A stretch of 64,000 nt of DNA from Chrysomallon squamiferum (taxonomy: Eukaryota; Animalia; Mollusca). The notes under the pieces were generated by a model that did not search any database, was not told where the DNA came from, and saw only the letters and a list, made by a program, of their open reading frames with translations. The translations under genes and the position numbers were made by a program. The stretch covers positions 7,564,001-7,628,000 of the forward strand of contig CM022670.1 of NCBI GenBank assembly GCA_012295275.1, read 5' to 3'. This document shows positions 45,506 through 60,408 of this stretch, in pieces; position 1 is the stretch's first letter, and every line of letters starts with the position of its first letter.

Positions 45506-46228
45506 ACAATTAAACAAGTCAGTTAATAAACTAAAACATGTAACTCAAAACTCAGATAAAATTTGCAGACAAACGTACGCACCGACATGTCTGGTTGGTT
45601 ACATAATTCTCATCTCACTACACACCAACTTGTTGAAACGTCTCGTAATGACGCTGTCACTGGTACTGACGACGTGTTGGTCGCGGCTGTCGTCATTGTT
45701 TGTGCAACAGAACGAAAATTAACTTTTCGTCATCACCCATGAGTATGGCGTAATCAAGACACGCCATCAAAATAAGAGATAAAGAGAGGGAGATAGAAGC
45801 TCACCTTGCCGACTCCCAAAGCAAAATGACAACATTAATTTATAAAGATGATTAGTAGTTACTGATAGGTGTGTTATATTTCACAGTTTACTTTTGACGA
45901 TTACAAACTTTGTCGTTTTCTCTGTAATGTTAAAATGTACTTGGTATGTTTTATTAATTTTTGTTATTTGTGCATATAGCTAAAATTAAAATACAGTCTA
46001 CCATCTTATTCTATATTGATCAAGCATGATATAGATTTTTAAACCTTGACTTTGTTTTCAGTACGTCAGTCTAATTATATCTTGTGTTTGACTGCGTTTC
46101 AATTATCATTAATTTCTCTCTCTTACTTTATTTCTGCATCTGTTTCTTTTATTTTTCTCCATCTCTGTCTTTCACCCCTTCCCTTTTTCGAATTTTAATC
46201 TCTCTCTCCTTTTTCGTTAATGTCTCCA

Positions 46229-46355
<127 letters not shown>

Positions 46356-49187
46356 GTAATATTTTAAAAAAGAAGGAGAGGAAAACACAAAAGACCCTCA
46401 ACCACCTTTCAGTCGTAAATTATCAGATAACAAGCATTACAATATCTTACTGTTTGTACACTCCCTATACAGACACACTCTCTGCTTCTCTTAATCTGTT
46501 CAAACCAGCCACGTCAAACATCAAAAACCTTATTTACCAAGTTTAAAGCTCTCAAATCGGGAAGATCCTAATTATATATCATTACAATTACATTATATAG
46601 AGAGTTTTTTAAAACATAACAGTATAACATTATATCCATGGCTCTTTCAGACTGATACAAATGCTTATATGAAATTTAGTGATTAACAAAAAAGGATATG
46701 AGATGTCAAGCCCTACCTTGTTAGCGATGAAATATGGCCGACAACCCGACCATTACACCCGTATATATTACAGGTTATGCCCTAGTGGAAACAAGCACTG
46801 GCTGTTTGGTGACAGTGGATACGGGTAGGATGTTGTTGAGTTGCGTGACATTCTGAAATTATCACAGTAGGGTCAATATGTCGGGTTTTGTTTTGTGACA
46901 TTTTTTTGATCCGGGACGTCTGCTTCTTCTGAATAGCGACCTGAACACGAGTTAGATACAGGTATAATTCTTTAATGATTATAATTTTACTCTGTTGTAT
47001 GTTCTCTTGCCAGTATCTCCATCAATTTTTTTTTCCTTATTATTATTTTTTTTTTTTTTTTTCGTGTTACAGTCTGCTCTGACATCGTCTTTCGTTGAGA
47101 TATGCTGTCTGACAAATGTATTTGTATTTTTGATTTGACTTTCTCTGGTGTATAAAACTTTAAAATAAATCTTTAAATGTCAAAATATTTTTTTTTTTTT
47201 TATGATTTTAATAAATATCGAAAAACATTTCCTTTCTTTCACATAAGAATTACAAAACTGATAGCAAGAAAACGAGCTATTACCTAGCTTTTTACAGAAA
47301 TTAATTCAAACACGAGACCATACACTTACTTCAACAACTGGAATGTTATTCTACACGTTGTTGTCAAATTTAAAAAATATAAGAAAAAAGAATGTAAATG
47401 GGGAGAGAATATAATTAGTAAATTAGATGACCAACAAATCCCATAATTTAAATATCATTGTAATTATCATGTAATTTTTATTCATTTTCTGTGAAATAAA
47501 CTTTTTTTCTATGTAACTCAGTACATCCACGGTATAACATTACACTATTTATTTTTATTTTGTGATCTCATTCAGGTAATCATTTAACCTTACCTGTTTT
47601 CAGAAGCATTCTAACTACAGCTGAAAGAGTTATTTCACAGGTGAGGGAGGCGTCCCACGTGGAGAAATAAATCACCGGTAAATCAGGTGTGTTTGACTTC
47701 TCAGGTGTCGATTTATTTGTGAAATAATGTGGCGGATTAAACGTGAAATAAAGCGTAATAATATGTATCTGACACGCTATAAAAACATCAAAACGTATTC
47801 CTTTAAAGCGTGGTAATTGTAACTGAAAAGGAAATAGAACATTCATTATTGGTGAATGTGCGCGTGTGTATGTATAAGTATTATCTGTCAGTGTGTGTTT
47901 ATGTGTATAATGTATGTGTGTGAATGCGTGAGTAAACCAAGGGCAATAGTGATAACAATAACAACAACAAGAATAACAATCTGAACAGCAATAACAAAAG
48001 CTACAAAAACAAGAACAACGACAATAATAATAATAATAATAACGATACCACAACGATTACAACAACCACAACAACAACAACAACATAAATACTACTATTG
48101 CTACAACTACTACAACAACAACTACTTCTACTACTACTACTACTACGACTACTACTCTACTACTACTACTACTACTAATAATAATAATAATAATAATCAC
48201 ACCGAAATAAGAAATTACTATTTTCATTCACTTACTACTTTATTACTGTTTTAATTTTTTAATTTATTTATTTTTTATTTTTTTTATTTGCTACATAGAT
48301 ATTTAAAAATGTCCAAACAAGAAACAAATAAAATAAAATAAAATAATAATAACTGCTCATTTTAACGGACATGCTCATTTCTAGAAAGCACGCAGTGATT
48401 TAAAACGAAATGAACATCGGGTCAAACAATAACCGCGCGGAATCACACCTGTTCCAATCCCATTATTGTTCTAGATCAGTGAAGCGTGTCAAAAACAAAC
48501 ACAGCCAAAGAAAAGACTAGTGTATTTAGTACTTAATATCTGTGCGGAAATTTCCATAAATATATATGTGCAACGAATTGAAAATCAAATATGGCGTCCG
48601 GTTCGTCACACTCGGTATTTTACATTTATCTTGTTTCCGTTGTTGCAATGTTTATTCTGTCACAGTTCATTTATTTTTGTGTACAGATGATTATGGTGCT
48701 GGACTGAGGGTGTGCGTGTGCACGACCGGTGATGAGGATAATAAATATTATAATATTCAGGCGCACGAATCCAGTATCGACTGATACCCGCCCGCCGGCA
48801 GAGTTTAGCTATGTTCACTGTAACAGATGCGGAATATTTACAAAGGAACGGTTGTAATTCATTGAGTTTGTTCAACAGATGAAAATAATAATTATATTTT
48901 ACTGGAACAGGATTCGTTAATTTTATTTATTTATTTATTTGTTTAACAAATAAATACATAATATTTAAATATAAATATATTATTATAATAATATGTCAAT
49001 GATGATGATAATGAACATAAAGGCGATAATATAGTTGCAGTAGCAGTAATAATAGTCATCGTGGTAGTTGTGGTACCATTATTTATTTATTCATTTTTTT
49101 ATTTTTTTTACTCTAAATATTTTAGCTATTGTTAAAATACAATTTTATGTTAAAACACAATTGTTGAATCGATAACGCGTTTTAAAA

Positions 49188-49263
<76 letters not shown>

Positions 49264-50575
49264 AATGGAATAAAAGTCATTAGAATTTCGATCATCTCAG
49301 ACATTAATCTATCAACTCATTACCTAATTAGAAACTTGTTAAAACATTATTTAAATAACCGGGTTAAATTCTTCACATTCACTTTTTGTTAGTGTGACGC
49401 ATTTTTCAAATTACGTGTTTACGACAGTCGCCGAAAAGTGTCGAAAGTTGTCACTTGTTTATCGATTACGACAGTCGAGTATATTTCACTTGACAAAATA
49501 CAACTATGTAAATATACTTACACCTGTCACCCCGTGCACGGGTCAAATATCACATTTCACTGATCGATTGCAGTGTCAATTACATTTCAACTCAGATTTA
49601 CAGTTTATTCTACAGCTAAATATGTTCTTGTATCGTTCTTTCGTTAGATATGCAGATTTTTATAAAAATTTTTGCATGTTTAGTTTTATATTTCATTAAA
49701 ACCTTATTTTGCTGTTGCTGTTGTTGTTGTTATTACTGATGTTATAATCGTCTAATGAATGTATTTTATCTTTCTATTACACGTTTCTAATGGATTTATT
49801 TAATTTATAATTTATTTAGATTATTTGGTTAGTTTCATAAAGATATGTTATCATTATCATCAACATCTTCATCACCATAATAATAACAATGATTCAAACG
49901 ATAAATTTGTCTGGGTTTTGCTATAGTTTATAAATAAACAATAAAAAAAAGCAAATAAAAAAAAAATAAAATTAAATAAAATAAATAAAAAAAAATAAAA
50001 AAAAATAAAATAAAATTAAAATAAAATAAAAATAAATAAATAAATAAATAAATAAAATATTTTTAAAAAATCATCTTTTGAATTAATTTTGAAAAACTTT
50101 ATAATGTAGAGAGAGAGAGAGATAATTGAATAATAATAGCATAATAAAGTTAACGTCACAAAAAGTTAATTTTCGCTGTATATTTTCGTATTCTTGTTAA
50201 TGACGTATAATGTTTGACTACAAATATAATTTTAACATCACAGTCACACACAACGTGCACGTTTGAACGTCACTCTTACAGTACAGTCAAATAACCTTTG
50301 ATCCTTTTTCACTCTGGTGATAAAATTTGTCTTGTGTTCTCAAAATAAAATAAAAATCACATACGTATAAACAAATAATCTCTTATTGGTTTTCAATTAT
50401 TTGTCAAAATTACCTTAAAATAATAAAAAAAATAAAAAAATATAATAATAAAAAAAAAAAATTTGAGACTTTTTATTAAATTTTAATCAAATAATACTCC
50501 ATTAATTTTTAATCATTCGCTTTCTAATTCCCACTACAAAAAAAAAGAAGAAAAGAATTAATACTATTAATAAAA

Positions 50576-50612
<37 letters not shown>

Positions 50613-53600
50613 AATAAAATAAAATAAAATAAAATAAAATAAAATACAAATAAATGAATGATCTTATCAACGTGCGTGCATTTAAATAATGTCTTAATGT
50701 CTTAAGAAAAACACACACAAAATAAACTAAATGTATTCACATCTTTACGAAGTTTTCGTTTCGTGTATTTACCGTACCCCGTCAGATGTCGATACACAGA
50801 GAGCGGCAGATCGAAACTGACCCCAGAGAAAACCTTGAAACATTTGCTCTTCACCACGGCAAGCATTTTAATCTTGAGTGTAGCGATTTCGATTTAAAAA
50901 TCAAGGTCAGTTTTGAGAATTTTGGCATGGAAATTTAGCGTGGTTTAATAGTCAGCTGGAAATCCTAGATCTAATGTTTTCATAGTGTATGAGTTAAAAA
51001 TTTTAAGACTCCCAACTTTTGAAGTTTTTTGACAGTTTAGTAGTCTAAAGTTTGATAACTCCTAGGTTTTATTTGTCACAGTTTATTAGTTAAAATGTTT
51101 GTTACTTCTCGATTTATCTAGTTCATAGTTAAAATTGTGAGATTCTAAAGTTTTCAATCTATTAGTTAAAAGTTTGAGACTTTCACTGTTTATTATAAAA
51201 AAAATTCGGAGGAAAGACAAACAAAGTATTTTCAAAGTTTATTAGTTTATGTTTAATTTTACTGTTTTATTTTTCTTTCGTAAGCTTCATGAACAAATTC
51301 TATGATTTGATAGTTATTATTTGATTTTTAATTACTCCTCTCTATCCATTTACTAATTAATTACTGCTACCATCCACAAGTATGTTCATCCCATTATCTT
51401 CCATCCATCCATCCATCCATCCATCTATCCTTCAAACACTCAGCAGCAATCCATGTTTCCATCCATGCATTCATATGTCCATACTTCCGTACATACATCC
51501 AAATATCCATACATTCGTACACCTTTCCATCCTATTTAATCACCATATTTCCATGACTTTATTCGCTATCTATTAACGATATATCAGTTCATCCATCCAG
51601 ATATTTATCGATTTTTCTTTCGTTTATTTCTTCTTCTTTTTTTTCCCACTTCGTCTATCCATGTACTCCTCCACTGAAGAATCAGTTGTAAATGATAACT
51701 GACAGCAAGTGCACGGACTACAGAAGAATCCGGTTCCTATTTTTCCGGACAGATGGGCGGGTTAATATGTCGACCCCTCAAACACAACTCCGTAAGCGGA
51801 AGTCATCAAGGGGAACAATCCAACACCTCGAGTCAAAAACTGGTTTCATAGAAAGAAGAGCTTTCATTAATTCAGCAAGTTTATTTGTTGAAACCGCTTC
51901 ATCAAGCGCTTGTTTTTCATTCTCCTCTCATCATTTACACGGAAATTGACCATGGTCATCGAAAGTCTTGCCCATTGTCCATCACGGACGCGACTTCTGC
52001 TTGTCGCAGACTCGCTCTTTGCCTGTCAAAGTGGCGCTTTATTAGGCCTTTTTTCCAAATCCAATTATCTGTTGAAAATCCACTTGAACCTTGGTGGTCC
52101 GCTGTTCAGAAAGGGTGATGGGGAAAAGGGCCAATGTGAATAAACGTGTTATCTTTTACTGTCCTGTCCGCGTCTCGCAGATGATTAAAAGAAGTGGCAG
52201 TTGTGAAGACCAACTGTCACGTTAAAATAAATACAGCAAAACGAATTAAAAGTTCTGCGATTATTATAATTTCGGTTGAGAATGAAAATGTTAAAAGTTT
52301 TTTTTTTTTAGAAAGTGTTAAAACTAAGGCTAAGAAACGATAAATTAATTTTTGAATGTATTACGTGTATATATGATGTATATATTGTTGTTGTTGTTGC
52401 TGCTGTTATTATCATTACTAATACTATCTTCATTACTATCTTCATATTCATTTGAATAAATAATTAATGAAAGTGCATTATTAAACAAAAAGTGTAAAAG
52501 TAAATTATATTTTTTAAAAAAGTAAAAATTAATTATGTTAATATTTTCCTTTTCCATTTTTTTTTTATTTGTAATATTATATTTGTCTCTTGTTTTTGCT
52601 TTTGTTTTTCTTTCCTTTGTTACTTCTTTCGTTACTTTCTTTCTTTCTTTTTTCTTTCTTTTTTGTTGACAATTCTGGGTTTTTTTCTATTTTCTTTACT
52701 TCATTTTTCTTTTTTCTTTTGCTTTCTTTTGCTAATTCTTTCTTTCTTTTTTCTCCGTTTTATTTCTTTCCTTCTTTCTTGATTCTTTCTATTTTTTATT
52801 TTCGACTTTACAATCAGTGTTTATTTTTCTTTGTTAATATTTTTATCCTTTCTCTCATTCATTTTTCTTTCTTTCTTTCTTTCAGTTTTCCAAATTACAT
52901 ACAAAGGACCTATCTACCTTTAGAAAAAAAATACTGAAATACGGTTGTCAGTCTGCCTCACCTGTTTACGAGTGACATCACATTCTGACATTGACTCGTT
53001 TCCAGATTACACCTGTACACTGTTTACCTGGCTTTGATCCCGGCTGGAAATCTCTGTGGGATTAGGGATTATTGAGACGAACACGACCCGCTGTTTTGTG
53101 ATATCTCAGATGACGAATGAGCCGTGCAGCTATTTGACTGTTTATTGATCTCTGAGACAATGTTTGCGAATCACGTCGACTCACAAACGTCCCCGACGTT
53201 TACCTCTAACGTCTGCTCTGACATTACGTCTTCTGTTTCTATAGAAACAGCAGAAGCAACAGTTTCTTTCTAACCCGTGAAGTTGTAGAGGACTGAAATT
53301 AAGAACTATTTCAACTTTTAATATCAGAAATTAAAACTGTATTCCAGTGTTAGATATCTTTATCATGTGAAACGAAATAGATCTTATCGTGGTAGCATAC
53401 TGCGCTGTTTCTGATAGGCAGTAGGATCAATTCTCACCAGTGAACAAGTTTGGCAATTGCCAGTTCCAGAAGGTTGTCTATAACTGAGTGTTTTTAAGAA
53501 AGCATATGTAAAATACTTACTGTTATTGTAGTAATAGTTGTAGTAACGTTTGTTAAAACAGCAGCAGCAATTGTGGTGGTTGCAGTGATATAGCAACAGC

Positions 53601-53725
53601 AGTGCTAGTAGTAGTAGCAGTTGGAACAGTAGTAATACCAGTAGTAGTAGTAGTAGTATTATTATTAGCAAAAATAGTAGCAGCAATAACAGCAGTAGGA
53701 CTAGTAACAGTAATTACTAGTAGTG

Positions 53726-53786
<61 letters not shown>

Positions 53787-54848
53787 CATCAGTAGTATAG
53801 TTGTGATAGTAGTAGTAGTAGTAGTAGTAATAATAATAATAATTCTTACAAAACTTGTAAAATTATTTGTTGCAATTATGCATGATCTCTCAATAATTAT
53901 GCATAGAAAACTATAACCTACTTTTTCTCTTTCTTTACTTCTTTTTTTTCCCCAATTCTTTATGAAGGTTTCAGTAATCAAATATTTAAACGTTTTATAA
54001 AATACTGAATGCAATGCGGGTGAGTTGATTAGTTTTAGATTTAATGCCAATCATTATAAAAAGAGAGATGACCGAAAGATAATGAAGAAAAAGAAAAAAC
54101 ATAATGAGATAAAAAATGAGAAAAAAAAAAAAAAAAAAATAGTAGAGATTGAATTTTTCTTACGAAATTAAATAATACAGAGTACGTTATATATATTGCA
54201 ATGGAAATATAATCATATATCTCAAAATTTAATTAATTCAAAAAAGACATTAATTAATTCAAGTAAATTAAATTGTAAACATTGTTTTTAAAAGCATTCA
54301 AAAAAAATAAAAAAAAATAAAATAAAATAAAAACAATAAGTAGGTCTAATATCAGTTTATTACCTAACTTGTTGCCGTAGTGACGCAACAAATTACGTCA
54401 TCAACTAAACTAATCTGCGTTGGACAGACGACAAATTAGACACGCCCCGTTAATTGTCCATCTTGGTCAGTGACATCAGGACTGACACGTTCATGATTTA
54501 GTCTCTTCTCTCGCGCACGTTGTAGAAATTTCCGTCATTACGAATAACGTAACACATGAATCTGATTATTAAACAATTAAGCGGTGTTTTAGACGGACCA
54601 AGCCACTGGAAGTACACACGGTAACAGTTGTGACGTATCCCCAGTAGATTCAAGCCATAAAGTTGCCAGACGTCAAGCAGGTTTTTCTGTCGTTTAATTC
54701 ATTAAAAGGAAGAGAAAGTATTTATTTCGTAATTTAATATCTACTCACGACGTAATAAATTTTCGTCAGGCACGGAATACGTAGAATAGGTTAACTGGGT
54801 TTAAATGTTTAGATAAATATTTGTAATCAGTGTTAATGTTTCTGGACA

Positions 54849-54899
<51 letters not shown>

Positions 54900-55618
54900 T
54901 ATAATTATAATTATAATTATAATGTAATAATGTAATAAATGAATAATAAAGAAATAAAATAAGAACAAATAAAAATATATAAAGCAATATACACACACAA
55001 ATACATACATGCATACATACATAATACATATGACAAAAATGCAGTCATCAGTGATAGACTGTTTCTCCTCTGACATTCGATAGACGTTTAACTGTAATAT
55101 TCGTAATAAAACGTATTCAACTTTCATGTCATTATAGTCTTTACAAACCGGCATTGTGTCTAAACAGGCATATTTCATTGGTCCCAAGTAAATCCGGTTT
55201 TGACAAAGTCCGCTATACATATTTAGATATACATGTGGGTGTGTGCGTAAGTAGCCGTTTATGTCAGAAATAAGAAATACTAAATTATAAAGCGAAGTAC
55301 GCAATGAAGTCACGACAGAAAAATGGCGGCGAACAGATATATATATTTTAAATCGTATTATTTTGTTGTTATGCTGAATATTTGTTATTAAGTAATTGTT
55401 GAAGAAAGATGATGGAAAAAAAAATAGAAAGGAAATGTAGCTATAAAACTATATATAGTTAATTTAAAATAAAATTATTTTAAATTTAATTGACCTCTTA
55501 AAATACCACAGATGAACGAAATCTTAAGAAAGAAGTCATTAATATATTAAACACAAAAAATGTTTCTGTCAGAATAAAATCATTTTCGATGCATTACACG
55601 CAAAGTATTAAATATAAT

Positions 55619-55899
55619 AAAACAGTGTGTTAAAAGGCAATAGTTTAAATATAAGAAAATGGTATGGTAAAACGTAATAGTTTCGATATAAGTAAAATAG
55701 TGTGTTAAAATGTAATATTTTAAATATACGAAAATAATGTGTTATAACGTAATATTTTAAATACACGAAAATAGTATGTTAAAACGTAATATTTTAAATA
55801 TAAGAAAAAACTGTGCTAAAACGTAATATTTTAAACATAAGAAATTAGTATGTTAAAACGCAAAATTTTAAATATAAGAAAATAGTATATTCAAACGTA
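55619..55899. repeat. 37-bp minisatellite, ~7.5 copies
   Basis: Unit aaaatagtgtgttaaaacgtaatattttaaatataag with variants. Confidence 0.9.
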
Positions 55900-57242
55900 T
55901 TCACGGACGTAAAACACGATAATATTTTAAACACCAGAAAGAGTCTGTTAGTACGGAGTCATGTGTGTAAGACACGCAATGTTATCGCACATCGCCAGCT
56001 CAGCATGGTCCCATACCCGTTAATGACGTGGTCGGAGCCATGTTTGTAAATCTGGTGTGGTCTGATTCACAGCTACTAAGAACTGTGATAATAACACAGA
56101 GAAAGCGTACATCACCAACTTAAACACACATCAAAGACTTTTAAACAAGCGTGAAACGACGTTTCGTAACAGCAGCATTGTCACAAAACCGCTCCAGCAA
56201 TAAACGTCTTAGAAACGGCGGCGTGCGGACAGTAACATCCCAGAGATAACCAATCATAACCATTATAACATCAAACCGCGGCTGTCGGCGCGCTATAATT
56301 AGCTCTGAGCGCTCCCACAAAGGCTAGAACAATTGCGTTGATTGGTCATATACATACAGCATGTTGACCATCTTCCCACTGTGTTTAGTTAACGGATTTT
56401 TATTACCAGTATTTGCAGCTAATTACTTTTACGTAATATATTGTTGTTATTTATATGTAAGGTGCAGTAAAAATGGCGGTATCTAACAGAATATTTAAAC
56501 GTGTGCAGATAAAGATTAAATATATAGCTCTGTTTAATGGGGATATAATTTCTGTTATTAACGAACAAACCAGGCCGGGAAAATTATAGATTTCGTTAGA
56601 CTGTAATTATTTTCAGTTAGATAAATCATCACTGTGAATGTTCTTGTGTGTGTGCGTGCGTTTTTCTGTTTCTATGTGTGAATATATATTATATATATTT
56701 GTATATAATACTTCTTTGTTTTGTTTGTTTGTTTTCAACCGTTTATTTCTTTAAATGTATTAAATGAGATATTTACTTGTTTATTGGTATTAAAATTTGT
56801 ACGGTTTTAACTTTTAATATTAAGATGAGAAAATAGATAATAATTAGAATAATAATTCATGATAATCAGTGTAAAAGTTCAGCACTAGTAGAAAACAACA
56901 AAAATAATATGTATTGTAAAATAAAAAAAAAATAAAAATAAAAATAAATTTAAATATTGAAAGAAGAAAGGATATAAAGAAAATATCAACAACAACAACA
57001 GCAATAATAATAATAACAATAGTAATAAACAAACAAGCAAATAAATAAATAAATATGAAACAAAATAATATAAAGAATAAATAAAAATAAATAATAAATA
57101 AATAAAAATGATAAAAGTAATTAAAAAAAAAGTAATTATAAAGAACAATAAATAAATACAGCAATTTTGAAAATTGTAAGACAAACAAAAAACCTTTACA
57201 GTGACACATACCTACACACGCACACATACACAGAAGCACCAT

Positions 57243-57293
<51 letters not shown>

Positions 57294-57589
57294 TATATAC
57301 ACTAACTGGCCTGTTACTCCACAGTCATACATACATACAGAAAAATACTAATTTAACACTGAACAAGTATTAGTCAAAATTTCACAACCTAACTAAATTA
57401 ATACAAAAATAAAATAAGTAATACTCCATTCATAAAGCAATTTCGAACCAAGCGCTTTCACTTTTACACACGCTAAAGTAATCTTTTAAGGAATGTTTTA
57501 TTATTTTTTTTTTTTATTTTATTACTATGTAATTCTTAATTGTTTTGTTTTATTAATAATACTATAAAATTTTCATTTAATCTTCACTG

Positions 57590-58001
57590 AAAGTGAAACG
57601 AGTCGTGCGCTTGTAACTCGTGTCAAATTTCCACACATAACATTATTATTATTCCCGCGAAGAGCTTTAAAAGAACTCCTCCACCGTGCCAATCAACCGC
57701 ACGAATTTCACTGGTTAGTTGACAGAACGTGGGCGGGACTACGCGACTGGTTTATCCAACCGCAGAGCGAGACGGGCGGAGTCTGACAAGTGTCAATTTC
57801 AGCAGAGCCCCACTTGAGGTGCTCAAGTCAAGTGTGAAACATACAAGTAATCGGTATTAAGGCGGTGTTTGTCATTGTGTTGCCGTTCATTCGGATTATC
57901 TGGTTCACGAGAAACTTTCTCTCTCTGTCTACCGTCTAAGAAGATAGGTCTTCTATCTACCACTTGGATTATCATATATCTCCATTTGTACACAGGTTAG
58001 T
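57590..58001 (+). promoter_or_regulatory. Probable CpG-rich TATA-less promoter plus non-coding first exon of a gene continuing rightwards
   Basis: gccaatc near 57688; two GC boxes (gggcggg near 57731, gggcgga near 57774); strong donor CAG|GTTAGT at 57995/57996. Confidence 0.45.
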
Positions 58002-58624
58002 GATATTTCCCGTATTAAGTTAATTAATGTGTGTTTTAATCTCCGTGTATTTGTTTTGTAACACTTCCATTTACAGTTTAACACTAATCAGTTTGTTTCA
58101 AGAGACTCGTTACACGCCCGCACCAAGGGTAAAATACATTTAGCAGAGAAAAAGTTAAAATGAATGGAAACTGTGTCTTCGAGATATTTTAATAAGAACT
58201 GATTAAATACAGAGTTATTTGAAAATAGTTATAAAGAAATTACGAATATATATATATATATATATAATTAAATAAATTAAAATGAATAAATAAGTAATAA
58301 ATAAATTTAAAAATACATAAAGCTAAAAAACAGATAATTAAAATTATTATTATTATTGTTAATTCTCTGAGTCATATGTTGTTTTCTTTAGACAGTTTTT
58401 AATTTTATTTTTTCCAAAATATTATTTAAAAATAACAACTAATTTTTCTTTCATTCATTCATTTTATCTTTATTTCTTCTGCTAAAAGTAAACTTCATTT
58501 ATGCACTCTACTCATTTCTACATTTCATTCATTCATTCTCAATAATACAGAATAAATAAAAATTATCCATCTTTAACCAAATACACAAGTATTATACTTT
58601 TTGAATAAACACTCTTTATACATT

Positions 58625-58750
58625 TATGCTAATTCTAAATATATGCTAATTTTAAATATATGCTAATTTATTCTGAAACTAACTTCATCCTGATTCTAAA
58701 GATATGCTAATTCTAAACGTATGCAAATTCTAAACGTTTGCAACTAATTC
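58625..58750. repeat. Degenerate ~17-bp tandem repeat
   Basis: tatgctaattctaaa(ta) repeated ~6 times. Confidence 0.75.
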
Positions 58751-60367
58751 AACATGGACAAATTTTCACAGTGTGGCAGTTTTGAAAATCAATTCTTGTC
58801 ACCTGTTCTAAATTTAGTTGTTTTCATTTCTCTACAGTTTTTGTTATTAATAATTTACTGAAACTACTGACAGCTTTATGATACTGTTTAGCGAATACAA
58901 AATGTCTAAGAGTTAAAATACCAAACGAAATAATTGTTATTATCTTCTCCCTGGAACTAATGCAGTTTTTACCAGTAACAATGAACAGTACAAGTGAAAA
59001 CATATGTTACTAGTACTAGACAAACCTTAACAAGATGTCCACCATTCAAACTGTGTTGTATTTTTCATAAGAAAATGTTTTGGTCTCATTTCCGTCTTTT
59101 TTTTTTTAATTTAATATTTAATTGTTTCTCTTTCTGTCTCGTTTCTGTCTCTGTTTCTCTCTCTGCTTCTAATCCTCTCTCTACCTCTGTGATGATCTAT
59201 CCATCTCTCTGTCTGTATATATCTTTTTTTTTTCTCTCTCATACACAACACACACACACACACACACAGAGACAGACACATTTCCATACCAACATAATAA
59301 ATATAATTCTTCAAATACATTTCTTATTGAGATGTGGAAAACTGTTGTCCACAATCAAATATTAATTTTTGTCCAAAAAAGGTCGTGATTCGAAAAATAT
59401 TCTAATATTCGGGTAGAATTTTGTCTTTCACAAAAGCAGATTAAAACTTTCTTATTTGCGTTGGTCAAGTAAATATCAGCCCCATTGACTCGTGATACAA
59501 GTTGAAAAACTTCACTGGTGGGCCAGTCGTAAATTCACGTCGTAAAATATTACTGTCCTTATGTGACTGTCGATATGCCAACTTCTCGCCTCCTTATGAG
59601 CTCTTTAGTCCAGGAAAACCACTAAAGTGCGAGATAACATACATATTTATGATTTATCCAAAGCTAATAAGAATTTCAAACTATATTGTATCTCGTTTAT
59701 GACCAACACCTGCATAATTTAAGAAGTGTTAGAATTTAATATTGTCACAAAGACTTTTTCAGGATGATATATTCGAAAGACAAAGAAACAGTTAAGTTAG
59801 TCTGATTCACGTTATTAACTGGCATATTAATCATCCGTTTTAATATCGCTTCTTTATTTTATTAGATTTTCATCTTATAATAATACATGATTTCATTTAA
59901 TATTGATATATAATATGGTAAAATATTCCGGCAGATTTATGTGCATTAGATATTAAAGTATCTCCTGCAAGATTTTGCATAATTCTTTTTCATTTGAGTT
60001 TTGTGTGTCTGCTGTATGTTTAACTAATAATTTATTAAAGCATATAGGATTGATGATCATACACAACATATACCAAATATCAGGTATAACTAACCACATA
60101 GTAAAACATTTTCTGCCTAAAGAATTACTTTTATACATATAGTGACAAATTACACACAACTATAAATTCACTACCATGGTATTAAAAAAATTAAAATAAA
60201 TTTTGTATACAGTAAAATACATGCACACACACATATGTTTCAAATTCAGAATTATACAACTTATTACACAGCTACACATTCTCCACTGAAACCACTCTCA
60301 CGTACACACAGACACACACACGCATACATACAAATACCACACATACACACAAGCACATGAAAACACA

Positions 60368-60408
<41 letters not shown>

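Noticed and set aside
51692-52143. Three overlapping 77-85-aa ORFs
   Set aside because: No motif, overlapping frames and no supporting splice sites; expected by chance in a GC-richer island.
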